Shown one piece after another: positions 1-8,529 of a stretch of 64,000 bases of DNA. The position numbers were made by a program, and so were the translations under genes. Origin of the DNA: Candidatus Methylomirabilales bacterium (GTDB lineage: Bacteria; Methylomirabilota; Methylomirabilia; Methylomirabilales; CSP1-5); NCBI GenBank assembly GCA_046758505.1, contig JBHIAH010000003.1, forward strand, positions 1-64,000, read 5' to 3'. Each line of letters starts with the position of its first letter. Positions within the stretch are counted from its first letter, which is position 1. Under the pieces are notes generated by a model, which worked only from the letters and a program-made list of their open reading frames with translations, ran no database searches and was not told the DNA's origin.

Positions 1-52
1 CCTTCGCGACTGCCCCGGTGCTTTTTCCCGCTGATCCTCGCTCCACCTCTTC

Positions 53-1636
53 TCACGCCGTGGCCTCTTTCGCACGTCTTAGCACGCGACCGGCTCGGGC
101 CCCAGTGTGTTCTCCCTCCTCCACCGTGATCACACCGTTCACCAGCACATAGCGGATCCCGTCCGGGTATTGGATTGGGTGTTCGTAGCTCGACCGATCC
201 GCCACCCTCTCGGGATCAAAGAGGACAAGATCGGCGTAGCAGCCGGGCGCGACCAGGCCCCGGTCGGTAAGTCCAAAGCGACGGCACGGGTCCAACGTCA
301 TCTTCCGGACGGCGATCGGAAGATCGAGCAGTCGCTCTTCCCGAACATACGCGCCTAAGACTCGCGGGAAGGTCCCGAACGTCCGGGGGTGGGGGCGACC
401 ACGGCTCAGCGGACCGACGTGGGACCGCACCCCGCTATCGGAACCCACCATCACATAGGGGCGAGCCAGGATCTTTTGAAGGTTCTCCTCAGACATGATG
501 AAAAAGATCGCATCCACCCGGGCCTCCTCCTCGACGAGAAGATCGCAGAGGAATTCGACCGGCCCCTTCCCGGCGAGGGCCGCCGCCTGACTGACGCGCA
601 ATCCCTCGTACCTCCTGTTGGCTTCCCGGGTCACCTCGGCGATCATCATCCGGTCCCACCGCCTGCCGCTGAGCTCGTGTTCGAGCCGCGCCCGGACCGA
701 CGGATCCCGCAATCGAGCGACCTGCTCGACCCGCCTCCCCTCGAGCGCCCACGGCGGGAGGACCGCTTGGAGCTGGGTGTTGGACGCCGTGTAAGGATAG
801 CGATCCGCCGTCACATCCTGGCGGCGCGCGCGCGCCTCTTCGATCAGATGTAGCGCTTCCGGCAGTTTTCCCCAGTTGCGCTCGCCGGAGGTCTTGAGAT
901 GAGAGATCTGAAGGGGGATCTGGGCCTGACGCGCGACATCGAGAATCTCGCGAATCGCTTCCAAGAGCCCATCCCCCTCGCTCCGCATGTGGCAGGCGAG
1001 CACCCCCCCCTCCTCGTGGGCAACGCGCGCCAATGCCACCAGCTCCTCAGGCGAGGCAAAACAGGCGGGGGCGTAAATGAGGCCGGTCGAGAGGCCCAAC
1101 GCCCCCTCGCGCATCCCCTGCCGGACCGCCTGGATCATCGCCGCCATCTCTCGTGCGTCGGGCGGTCTCGCAGCTCCCCCCAGGACGGAGCCCCGGATGG
1201 TGTTGTGGCCGAGGAGGAGACCGAAGTTAATGGAGAGCGCCTCGGCGCCAAGCTGCCCGAAATAGTCCTGGACTCCCTGCCACCGGGAATCGAGACCGTA
1301 CAGCTCCCGATAGGTCTGCGCCCGCTCCTCCCCCCACTCGCCCCAGATCGGCGCGGCGGAATACCCACAGTTCCCCCCGATTTCTGTGGTCACCCCCTGG
1401 CGCACGGCGCTTTCCGCCCGGGGATTGAGCAGCAGAAAGTAATCGGAGTGCGAGTGCACATCCACAAAGCCGGGACAGGCGACGAGCCGGTCCGCCCGGA
1501 TCACCCGTTGGCCCTGGGCCTCGGGGATCTTACCCACGGCCCCGATCCGGTCCCCCGCAACTCCGATGTCCCCCGTGACGGGGGGCGAGCCGGTGCCGTC
1601 CACAACACTCGCACCCGCGATGATCAGATCGAACAT
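53..1636 (-). CDS. N-acyl-D-amino-acid deacylase (D-aminoacylase, amidohydrolase family)
   Basis: 527 aa; VVDGTG N-terminus, PGFVDVHSHSD metal motif, GVTTEIGGNCG, HMRSEG, HPRTFGTFPR, ADLVLFDP; GAGGA RBS upstream. Confidence 0.9.
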   Translation of the reverse strand: MFDLIIAGASVVDGTGSPPVTGDIGVAGDRIGAVGKIPEAQGQRVIRADRLVACPGFVDVHSHSDYFLLLNPRAESAVRQGVTTEIGGNCGYSAAPIWGEWGEERAQTYRELYGLDSRWQGVQDYFGQLGAEALSINFGLLLGHNTIRGSVLGGAARPPDAREMAAMIQAVRQGMREGALGLSTGLIYAPACFASPEELVALARVAHEEGGVLACHMRSEGDGLLEAIREILDVARQAQIPLQISHLKTSGERNWGKLPEALHLIEEARARRQDVTADRYPYTASNTQLQAVLPPWALEGRRVEQVARLRDPSVRARLEHELSGRRWDRMMIAEVTREANRRYEGLRVSQAAALAGKGPVEFLCDLLVEEEARVDAIFFIMSEENLQKILARPYVMVGSDSGVRSHVGPLSRGRPHPRTFGTFPRVLGAYVREERLLDLPIAVRKMTLDPCRRFGLTDRGLVAPGCYADLVLFDPERVADRSSYEHPIQYPDGIRYVLVNGVITVEEGEHTGARAGRVLRRAKEATA

Positions 1637-1647
1637 AATTTCCTCGT

Positions 1648-1674
1648 TGACCGATGACCGATGACCGATGACCG
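1648..1674. repeat. Tandem heptamer repeat (TGACCGA) x~4
   Basis: tgaccga tgaccga tgaccga tgaccg read directly, immediately upstream of the deacylase RBS. Confidence 0.85.
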
Positions 1675-1964
1675 TCTATGATCAAAGCTCCGCTCTGCTC
1701 TGCGCGAGTCGGCGACGGAAGCAGATCCTGAGGAAGGCGGAATCCGGTTTGCGGGCGGCCGGGGTCCCGCCACCGGAGCGTAGCGCAGGCGGGGGTGGCC
1801 GTCCTGATGCATCATGATTCGTTCGGCGCGGAACACAAACACTTCACCAAACCAACCCATGGAGTTTTCCGGCGACGAAGGATGACTTCCCGAGCCGGCT
1901 CAATGTATTTCAACCCCCAAGTCTGACCGTTAATTTCCATCCTTTTCGGGCGTCGGTCATCGGA

Positions 1965-2786
1965 TCAATGCCGGCGGCCGCGGTACTCGAAGACATCGAC
2001 GGGGGAGCCATCGGGGGCGCGCAGGGTTGCGGTATCCCCGTCGTTATTCCAGATGGGGCCATTGGACTGCCAGTAGAGGAGAATCTGATCCCGGGGGTCG
2101 GTGAGATCGACTCCCCGCCCACTCAACAGGAGCACCGAATACCCAGGCTTGAGCCACAGGCCGGGGAAGGTATAGCGGTGCCCGTACCGGTCGGTCACGG
2201 TAAAGCCACCGACCCTCACGGCATTCCCGGTGACATTGGCGATTCGCATATACTCTCCATTCGGATTGAGGCGATCGTTCCCGGGGGCGTTGGCGTGAAG
2301 CGCGGTGATCTTCAAGGGGCCCATGAGGTGTCGCCATATCCCGCGCCGCCCGGCCCGCGCCCGCCGCTCGAGCTCAAGCAATCGATCGTAGTGCTTGAGA
2401 TTCGGTGGAATCACCAGGAGATGGGCGAGCCCCGCCTCGATCAGCCGCGCATTCACCATCTCGCCGTCGAGATACACGTACGCCAACAGACGCTTATACC
2501 CGTCCTCCAGCACCTGATCCTCCTCGAGTCGCACGCGCCTCCCTTCGGTCAGGCGGCGATTCAAGGCAGTCGCCTCGGCGAAATAGGGCTGGCCCCGTTC
2601 GGGAGCATTAATGCCGAGATAGCGAACCCGCCGCCCATCCTGGAGGACGGCCGTATCGCCGTCGATCACACGGCGGATCCTGACGGAGCGTTCCTCCCCG
2701 GCCCCCCGGAGCGGGGCAAGGAGCAGCACGACGAACGCAACCCATGCAACCCACCGCGCCCGTTTACAGCAACGTGATCCGCCCAC
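1965..2786 (-). CDS. Secreted thermonuclease (SNase) with C-terminal lamin-tail-like domain
   Basis: [30 protein letters not shown] SNase motifs; C-terminal NGEYMRIAN...[11 protein letters not shown] typical of LTD. GTG at 2786 follows GAGGAG and gives a signal-peptide-like N-terminus. Confidence 0.85.
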   Translation of the reverse strand: MGGSRCCKRARWVAWVAFVVLLLAPLRGAGEERSVRIRRVIDGDTAVLQDGRRVRYLGINAPERGQPYFAEATALNRRLTEGRRVRLEEDQVLEDGYKRLLAYVYLDGEMVNARLIEAGLAHLLVIPPNLKHYDRLLELERRARAGRRGIWRHLMGPLKITALHANAPGNDRLNPNGEYMRIANVTGNAVRVGGFTVTDRYGHRYTFPGLWLKPGYSVLLLSGRGVDLTDPRDQILLYWQSNGPIWNNDGDTATLRAPDGSPVDVFEYRGRRH

Positions 2787-3498
2787 GGTATCGCTCCTCG
2801 AGGCGGCGGTTATGCTCGTCCCCACCGGGAAGATTGGCGCTCATGTACACCGGGGGGGAGAGCCCCTCGGCCCGGTACCGCTCCACCACGCCGCAGATGA
2901 GGCGGTTCATCACGAAGGCCCCGGCCACCACCGACGTGGGCCCGACCTTGCCGCCCCACCCGGGATAGGCCACCGCGGCATCCCCCGCCTCCCCGCAATT
3001 ATCCAGGCACAGGTCGACAACCTCAAAGAGGCGCTTCCCGCTCGGGTGCCGGGGGGGGACCCCACTCGAGTGGGCCAGCGAGGTGAGCGCAATCACAAAA
3101 AGCCCCCGCCGCTTGGCGTCGAGGGCCATCTCGACGGGGACGGCATTGATCCCGGAGTTGGATACCACAATCAGCACCTCGCCAGACCGAAGATCGTGCC
3201 GGTCCAGGAGGATCGAGGCCACTCCGGGCAACCGCTCCATCCGTCCGCTCACGGCCGGCGGTGCGAGCGGAGACAGCACGGCTTCCTGAATCAGGTTCAC
3301 CGGAACCAATCCGCCCGCCCGGTGGAAGGCCTCCTGGGCGACCGCGATCGAATGCCCGCTCCCGAAGACGTGGAGGATCCCGTCCTGTTGAAGCGAGTCA
3401 AAGATCGCCTGCGCCCCCCGCTCAAGCGCGGCTCCCTGCGTCTCTTCGATTCGGCCGAGCAGCTTGAGTACGGCCGCCGTGTACGGGTGCGGGTTCAT
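2764..3498 (-). CDS. SIS-domain sugar-phosphate isomerase-like protein
   Basis: [46 protein letters not shown] motifs; ATG at 3498. Confidence 0.85.
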   Translation of the reverse strand: MNPHPYTAAVLKLLGRIEETQGAALERGAQAIFDSLQQDGILHVFGSGHSIAVAQEAFHRAGGLVPVNLIQEAVLSPLAPPAVSGRMERLPGVASILLDRHDLRSGEVLIVVSNSGINAVPVEMALDAKRRGLFVIALTSLAHSSGVPPRHPSGKRLFEVVDLCLDNCGEAGDAAVAYPGWGGKVGPTSVVAGAFVMNRLICGVVERYRAEGLSPPVYMSANLPGGDEHNRRLEERYRGRITLL

Positions 3499-3505
3499 GA
3501 GCCCC

Positions 3506-4684
3506 TTACGAGACCATTCCAGAATACTGCTTCCCGGGAACGATCTTTCCCAGCGGGACCGCCTGCCTCGCCCCGGTAGCCGAGGGAAGGTTCCCCGGCT
3601 CTCCCGCAATGGTCACGTACGCCAGAACGGCAAACGCCGTCGCCTCGACCGCCTCAGCCGGAAACCCGACTTCATCGGTCGTGAGGACGTGACGGGGCGC
3701 CAGCCGGGCTCGAAGGCTCTCCCTGAGCCACCGGTTTCGGGCCCCGCCGCCACACAGCAGGACCTCGTCCACCGGGTGCCGCGGAAAGACGTGGGCCTCA
3801 AGGCTTCCCACCAGCGCCTCCACGGAGAAGCGCGAGACGGTGGCAACCAGATCGGCTGGCGAGATTCCTTCCCGCTCGGCCTCGGCGAGGATCTCCGTCA
3901 CCATCCGAGAACCAAATTCCTCCTGGCCGGCACTGCGGGGGGGAGACCGGCGGAAAAAGGGATGGTCGAGGAGTCGCTCGAGGAGCGCCTCGCTTGCGGT
4001 TCCTGACGCGGCCCAGGCGCCGTCGGCGTCGAACGCCGCGGCCCCCCCACTCAGTCGGTGCACCACTCCATCGATCAGCACATTACCCGGTCCCGCGTCA
4101 AAGGCCACGATCTCGGCCCCCAGGGGACCGGGAGGGAGCAGGGTGAGGTTCGAGATTCCCCCAAGGTTTACGATCACGCGGCACCGGTCGGGATGTCCAA
4201 AGAGGAGGGAATGAGGATAGGGGGTGAGGGGTGCCCCTTCCCCCCCCGCTGCCATGTCCCTGGGGCGGAAGTCGGCCACCGTCAAGAGGCCCGTCCGCTC
4301 GGCGATGATACACGGCTCACCAATCTGAAGCGTGCACCGCAGGACGAGATCCCCCTCGGCGAGGGGGGTCGGGAGATGGCAGACGGTCTGGCCGTGGGAG
4401 CCGACGAGGGCCACCGCGGTCGCGGGGGTGTGCGCGGCCTTCAAGAGATCGAGGGCCGCCCGAGCAAAGAGCTCCCCCAGCAACACGTTGAGGCGACAGA
4501 CTTCGCGGAGGGCATCGCGATGGTCGGCGAGATGGAGAACCCGATCACGGACCCCCGGGGGATAGGGACGACGCTCAAAATGGAGGAGGTTGACTCCGAG
4601 TCGGGGACCCCCCGTGATCATCTCGACGAGGGCCGCATCGATCCCATCCGCCGAGGTCCCGGACATGAGTCCAATGACCTTCAG
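3506..4684 (-). CDS. anmK: Anhydro-N-acetylmuramic acid kinase
   Basis: [58 protein letters not shown]. The conserved K-V-I-G-L lies upstream of the ATG at 4666, so the start is placed at CTG 4684. Confidence 0.93.
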   Translation of the reverse strand: MKVIGLMSGTSADGIDAALVEMITGGPRLGVNLLHFERRPYPPGVRDRVLHLADHRDALREVCRLNVLLGELFARAALDLLKAAHTPATAVALVGSHGQTVCHLPTPLAEGDLVLRCTLQIGEPCIIAERTGLLTVADFRPRDMAAGGEGAPLTPYPHSLLFGHPDRCRVIVNLGGISNLTLLPPGPLGAEIVAFDAGPGNVLIDGVVHRLSGGAAAFDADGAWAASGTASEALLERLLDHPFFRRSPPRSAGQEEFGSRMVTEILAEAEREGISPADLVATVSRFSVEALVGSLEAHVFPRHPVDEVLLCGGGARNRWLRESLRARLAPRHVLTTDEVGFPAEAVEATAFAVLAYVTIAGEPGNLPSATGARQAVPLGKIVPGKQYSGMVS

Positions 4685-5859
4685 GGATGCATCCCTCCTG
4701 CAAACTCTTTCTTGACGCGGGATAAGGCCTCCCGATCTCTCAAGAGATCAAGGCCGGTGAGGGCCATGGCCCTGGCCGCCATGAGCATTCCCGCCTCCCC
4801 CGCAGACGAAGCGGAGGCGACGGCGAACTCGGCCATATGACAGCTGACCTCGGGGCCGCAGATGGCAATCGTGGGCTGCAGCGTGGGAACGACCTGGCTC
4901 ACGTTCCCCACATCGGTCGATCCCAGGTCCTCATCCTCTGGACCCTGATCGATCGCTTCGCCCAACGCTTCCAGGTTCTGGCGAAAGAGCTGGGCGAGCG
5001 TATAGTTCACCTTGTGCGGGTGATAGTCGTGCCCCGGCCGCTTCACATGGTACCTGGCCCCTGTGGCTCTCGCGGCTGCATCGAAGCAGTCGAGGACCTT
5101 CTGGTACACCTCGTCCAGGTAGCCCGTGTCCAACGCGCGAACATAGAAGAGGGCCGAGGCGTGGTCCGGGATGATGTTCGGAGCCTTCCCCCCCTCGGTG
5201 ACAATTCCGTGAATCCGCGCCTCGGGCCGGAGGTGTTGGCGGAGGGCATTGATGTTGTTGAAGGTAAGAATGACGGCATCAAGCGCGTTGATCCCCAATT
5301 GCGGAGCCGCCGCGGCATGGGCAGCCTTGCCGAAGAATTCCACCTGGACGTCCCGCATCCCCAGCGCCTTCTTCACCATCTCCGTCCGGTTGCTCGGGTG
5401 GACCAGCATCGCGGCATCGACCTTGCGAAACACCCTCGACTCCACGAGGGGGATCTTACCTCCCCCTTTCTCCTCGGCCGGACATCCCACCAAGACCACA
5501 CGACCGGGAACTTCTCCCAAGAGCGCCTTGAGGGCTAAGGCGGCCCCCACCGAGCCCGCCGCAATCAGATTGTGCCCGCAGGCGTGGCCGATGTCCGGAA
5601 GCGCGTCGTATTCGGCCAGGAAGGCGATGGCGGCCCCCTCGCCCGAGGCGCAGGAAGCCGTGAAGGCGGTGGGAAGCCCCGCCACCCCCCGCTCGACAGA
5701 AAAGCCGTGTTCGTGCATGGTCCGGGTGAGGAGGTCGGCGGCCTGGACTTCGTCGAAGGCGAGTTCGGGGTGGGCGTGGAGGAACCGGCTGATCCGCAGG
5801 AGTTCGGGGCTGAGACGATCGACCTCTGCGATCAGCGCCTGCTTCTGAGTATCCAGCAT
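4681..5859 (-). CDS. M20 family amidohydrolase/peptidase (AbgB/Acy1L2-like)
   Basis: HPELAFDE, EYDALPDIGHACGHN, PAEEKGGGK, GKAAHAA, GSTDVGNVS; ATG at 5859 after GGAGGG. Confidence 0.9.
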   Translation of the reverse strand: MLDTQKQALIAEVDRLSPELLRISRFLHAHPELAFDEVQAADLLTRTMHEHGFSVERGVAGLPTAFTASCASGEGAAIAFLAEYDALPDIGHACGHNLIAAGSVGAALALKALLGEVPGRVVLVGCPAEEKGGGKIPLVESRVFRKVDAAMLVHPSNRTEMVKKALGMRDVQVEFFGKAAHAAAAPQLGINALDAVILTFNNINALRQHLRPEARIHGIVTEGGKAPNIIPDHASALFYVRALDTGYLDEVYQKVLDCFDAAARATGARYHVKRPGHDYHPHKVNYTLAQLFRQNLEALGEAIDQGPEDEDLGSTDVGNVSQVVPTLQPTIAICGPEVSCHMAEFAVASASSAGEAGMLMAARAMALTGLDLLRDREALSRVKKEFAGGMHP

Positions 5860-6346
5860 TTGTCCCTCCGTACGGATGTTCCTCGCGGGCACGTCGCTCA
5901 CACGGTACCACGGAATGAGGAGAGAAACAAGGCGCGTGGGCACCGGCGTCTTCCGTGCTCTTCGGCACAGTGCGGGAGCGATTGACCCCCCCTCCGCAAT
6001 GACTTTTACGCCTCAGCCCCCCGAGCGACAGGAACCTTCTCGAGCGATCGGGAGTTTACGTAACAGGGACGATAAGGAGTGAAGAGGGGAGGATTCCGGA
6101 TCCCCGTGCACCAACCTGCCTATCCTATTCCCGCCGTCGAGTCCCGACATCCAGGCCGCCCGAGCCTCCTCCCATGGCGGCGCCCACTCTTCACGCCCTT
6201 CGCTCCCGAAACCGACCCCTCCAGCCGACCATGGCGTAACGACTGCAAGATGCCTGACAACCGACCATGGCACGGATGGTTACCGGTAAAAGCGAGGGAT
6301 GACCTGCACGGGACCCGGGTTGTGACGGCATCAGCGGAGAAACGGG

Positions 6347-6607
6347 ATGTCAGTCCTTGAGGTACAGAGCCCCAAATCGTATATCGTGTGGGTTGAATGC
6401 GGTCGGATCTATCTGACGGTCGACGAGGGCGGCAAACCCACGATCAAGGCGGACTGGAGCATGGCGGATATTGATGCTGCCCTCAACGCCCTGCGGGAGG
6501 AGGTTCTCGCCCACACCCAGGCCCTGCCGCGTGTCTCGCCGGTGGACGGGGATCGAGACGCCGGGCAAAGACCGCCGCCGAACGTGCAGAGCGGCAGTCG
6601 TGTATAG
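6347..6607 (+). CDS. Small hypothetical protein
   Basis: 86-aa ORF with GGAG upstream and globular-looking composition; no recognisable motif. Confidence 0.45.
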   Translation: MSVLEVQSPKSYIVWVECGRIYLTVDEGGKPTIKADWSMADIDAALNALREEVLAHTQALPRVSPVDGDRDAGQRPPPNVQSGSRV

Positions 6608-6682
6608 GGTCTCAGGGTCGCCGCCGGGCGACATCGACCGGACACAAAGCCCGTCAGGGGACAAGAGACGACGGAGGGAGCA

Positions 6683-6979
6683 ATGAAACTTTTATACGAG
6701 GTTGTCGTCCTGACCTGCCTATTTTTCTACAGTGCCCTCAGCATTGCGCTCCTCGGCCCCTGGATGTATCGCAAGGCCAGATCGCTCCTGGGAGAATTTC
6801 GGCCGTCTTCAGAGGCGACGGGTGAGCCCCAGATGGATTCTGTGGAGGCATCCCCAAACAGTGGTCAAGCTGGAAGCGCGCGGAAGAAAAGACCATTGGG
6901 AGCCCCATCCGTGGCATCGCCGCGGTCACCTCGCTCAGCCTTCGTGACCAGCGGCCTCTCTTTCCCAGCCGGGAAGTAA
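6683..6979 (+). CDS. Small hypothetical membrane-anchored protein
   Basis: GGAGGGAG RBS; hydrophobic N-terminal helix (LLYEVVVLTCLFFYSALSIALLG) followed by a low-complexity tail. Confidence 0.5.
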   Translation: MKLLYEVVVLTCLFFYSALSIALLGPWMYRKARSLLGEFRPSSEATGEPQMDSVEASPNSGQAGSARKKRPLGAPSVASPRSPRSAFVTSGLSFPAGK

Positions 6980-7254
6980 GGGACACTCACCGGGACCGCC
7001 AGGGCGGGCCCTGGTGTTCTAACCGGCTGCCCCGGCCGACCACCACCACCGCTGACCCGATCCTCAAGGACACTCATCTACAGCACCCGATGGCGCCCGG
7101 AGGTCTTTGTCCACCCCAGCCCATGATGCCCTCCCGGTCGCGAGCCGGAAGGGAGCGCCACCGTCCTCACCCACGAACGCCGACCCCGACCTCCCCCATC
7201 CCTGACCCGCTCGTCCCCCTCCCGCAAGACTGATCCCTCCTCGAACGGTCAAGC

Positions 7255-7400
7255 GGTTCACCGTTCACAACCTATTGATTGGTGGTTGGTGGCTCGTGGC
7301 TCACAGACAATTTACGGTTCACTGTTCACTGAAGATAGTTCTCAGAGAAATTCGCAATCCGAAATTCGAAATTGTAAATCGGTTCTCGGTCGTCGGGTCA
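7255..7400. repeat. Patch of degenerate 7-bp-period repeats
   Basis: gttcaccgttcac, gtggctcgtggctc, gttcactgttcactg, aattcgcaatccgaaattcgaaatt. Confidence 0.6.
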
Positions 7401-7403
7401 CGA

Positions 7404-7432
7404 TTGACAGGGGGGACCGGGGGGGGTAAGGT
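7404..7432 (+). promoter_or_regulatory. Sigma70-type promoter
   Basis: TTGACA-N17-TAAGGT upstream of the lipoprotein/TPR pair. Confidence 0.65.
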
Positions 7433-7585
7433 AATGGCCGGCCTGCGGGATCCCCTGGCAGGCGGGCCGAATGGGGAGGGTGGTGGGCCCCACCAGCACG
7501 CGTAGCGCGTTTGCCCGTGTGGGCCCCACGGAATCTCACGGTCATCACCCTCCCGCAGCGAGAATCGACCCTCCACGAGAGCCCC

Positions 7586-8521
7586 ATGGACGACCGTCAC
7601 GATGCTGTTGGATGGCGCCAAACCATCCTTCTCCTTCCCCTCTTCCTCCTGTTCCTCCTCATGGCCGGATGTGCGGGGAGCACGTCAAAAGACCCGCGGT
7701 ACGCACCGGCCGAAAGCCTCCTCGTCATCGTCAATGACTTCCACCGCTTTTCGCGGGAGAACCTCTATCGATTTCCGACGCCCAAGGATAACGCGGGGGT
7801 CAACATCCACAAGGCCACCCTGCTCCGCCTGCAGGATTATGAGCGGGAGCAACCAGGCCGCTACCCGGATGTTATCGCCTTCACCAAGGCGATGGCCTAC
7901 GAACGGCTCCGGGAGTACGGAAAGGCCATGGACTTCTATCGCCTCGTCACCACCATGAGCTCTCCCCTGGCGCCGGAGGCTCAGGGCCACCTCGAGGCGC
8001 TCCGGGACTTCGCGCACCTCATGGAGGGTTATGGAACAGCGGCCACAGATCCTCCGGCCTTCGTCGCCCATCTGGAGGAGAAGGCGGATGCCTGGCGCGG
8101 ATTACACGAGAAATATCGTGGGACGGTATACGGGTATCTCGCCCTCGTCGAGGCGGAGAGGCTCGATCGCCTCAAGGTGGAGTACCTCCAGTCGAACCGG
8201 CACCGCCTGAAGGGGGGGGATGGAGCGGTCATCGAGGCGTACGAGGCCCTCCTCGGGTCCCACGAAGCCAGCAGGCACTCGGATGGATACGTGATTGACT
8301 TCGCCGATTTCTATGTGGTATTGGCAAAGGAATACGTGCGGGCAAACCCCCCGGAGGATCGCACCTTCACCTGGGAGAAATTCTCGCAGTGGGCGGATCG
8401 GGCGCGGCGCCTGTATGCCCGCGTTGCCCAGCGGGACGGTTCCCTGGACAAGCTGGAGGCGCGCGGAAAGCTCCAAGCGCTGGACGCGTACACGCTGAAG
8501 ATTCAGGCCCTGAGCCAGTAG
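7586..8521 (+). CDS. Hypothetical lipoprotein, helical/TPR-like
   Basis: Hydrophobic stretch ending in lipobox LMAG-C; TPR-like segment KAMAYERLREYGKAMDFYRLV. Start uncertain. Confidence 0.75.
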   Translation: MDDRHDAVGWRQTILLLPLFLLFLLMAGCAGSTSKDPRYAPAESLLVIVNDFHRFSRENLYRFPTPKDNAGVNIHKATLLRLQDYEREQPGRYPDVIAFTKAMAYERLREYGKAMDFYRLVTTMSSPLAPEAQGHLEALRDFAHLMEGYGTAATDPPAFVAHLEEKADAWRGLHEKYRGTVYGYLALVEAERLDRLKVEYLQSNRHRLKGGDGAVIEAYEALLGSHEASRHSDGYVIDFADFYVVLAKEYVRANPPEDRTFTWEKFSQWADRARRLYARVAQRDGSLDKLEARGKLQALDAYTLKIQALSQ

Positions 8522-8529
8522 GAGCGGTG

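Noticed and set aside
6079..6360. 93-aa Pro/Arg-rich ORF
   Set aside because: The RBS-like sequence abuts the start codon and the composition is not protein-like.
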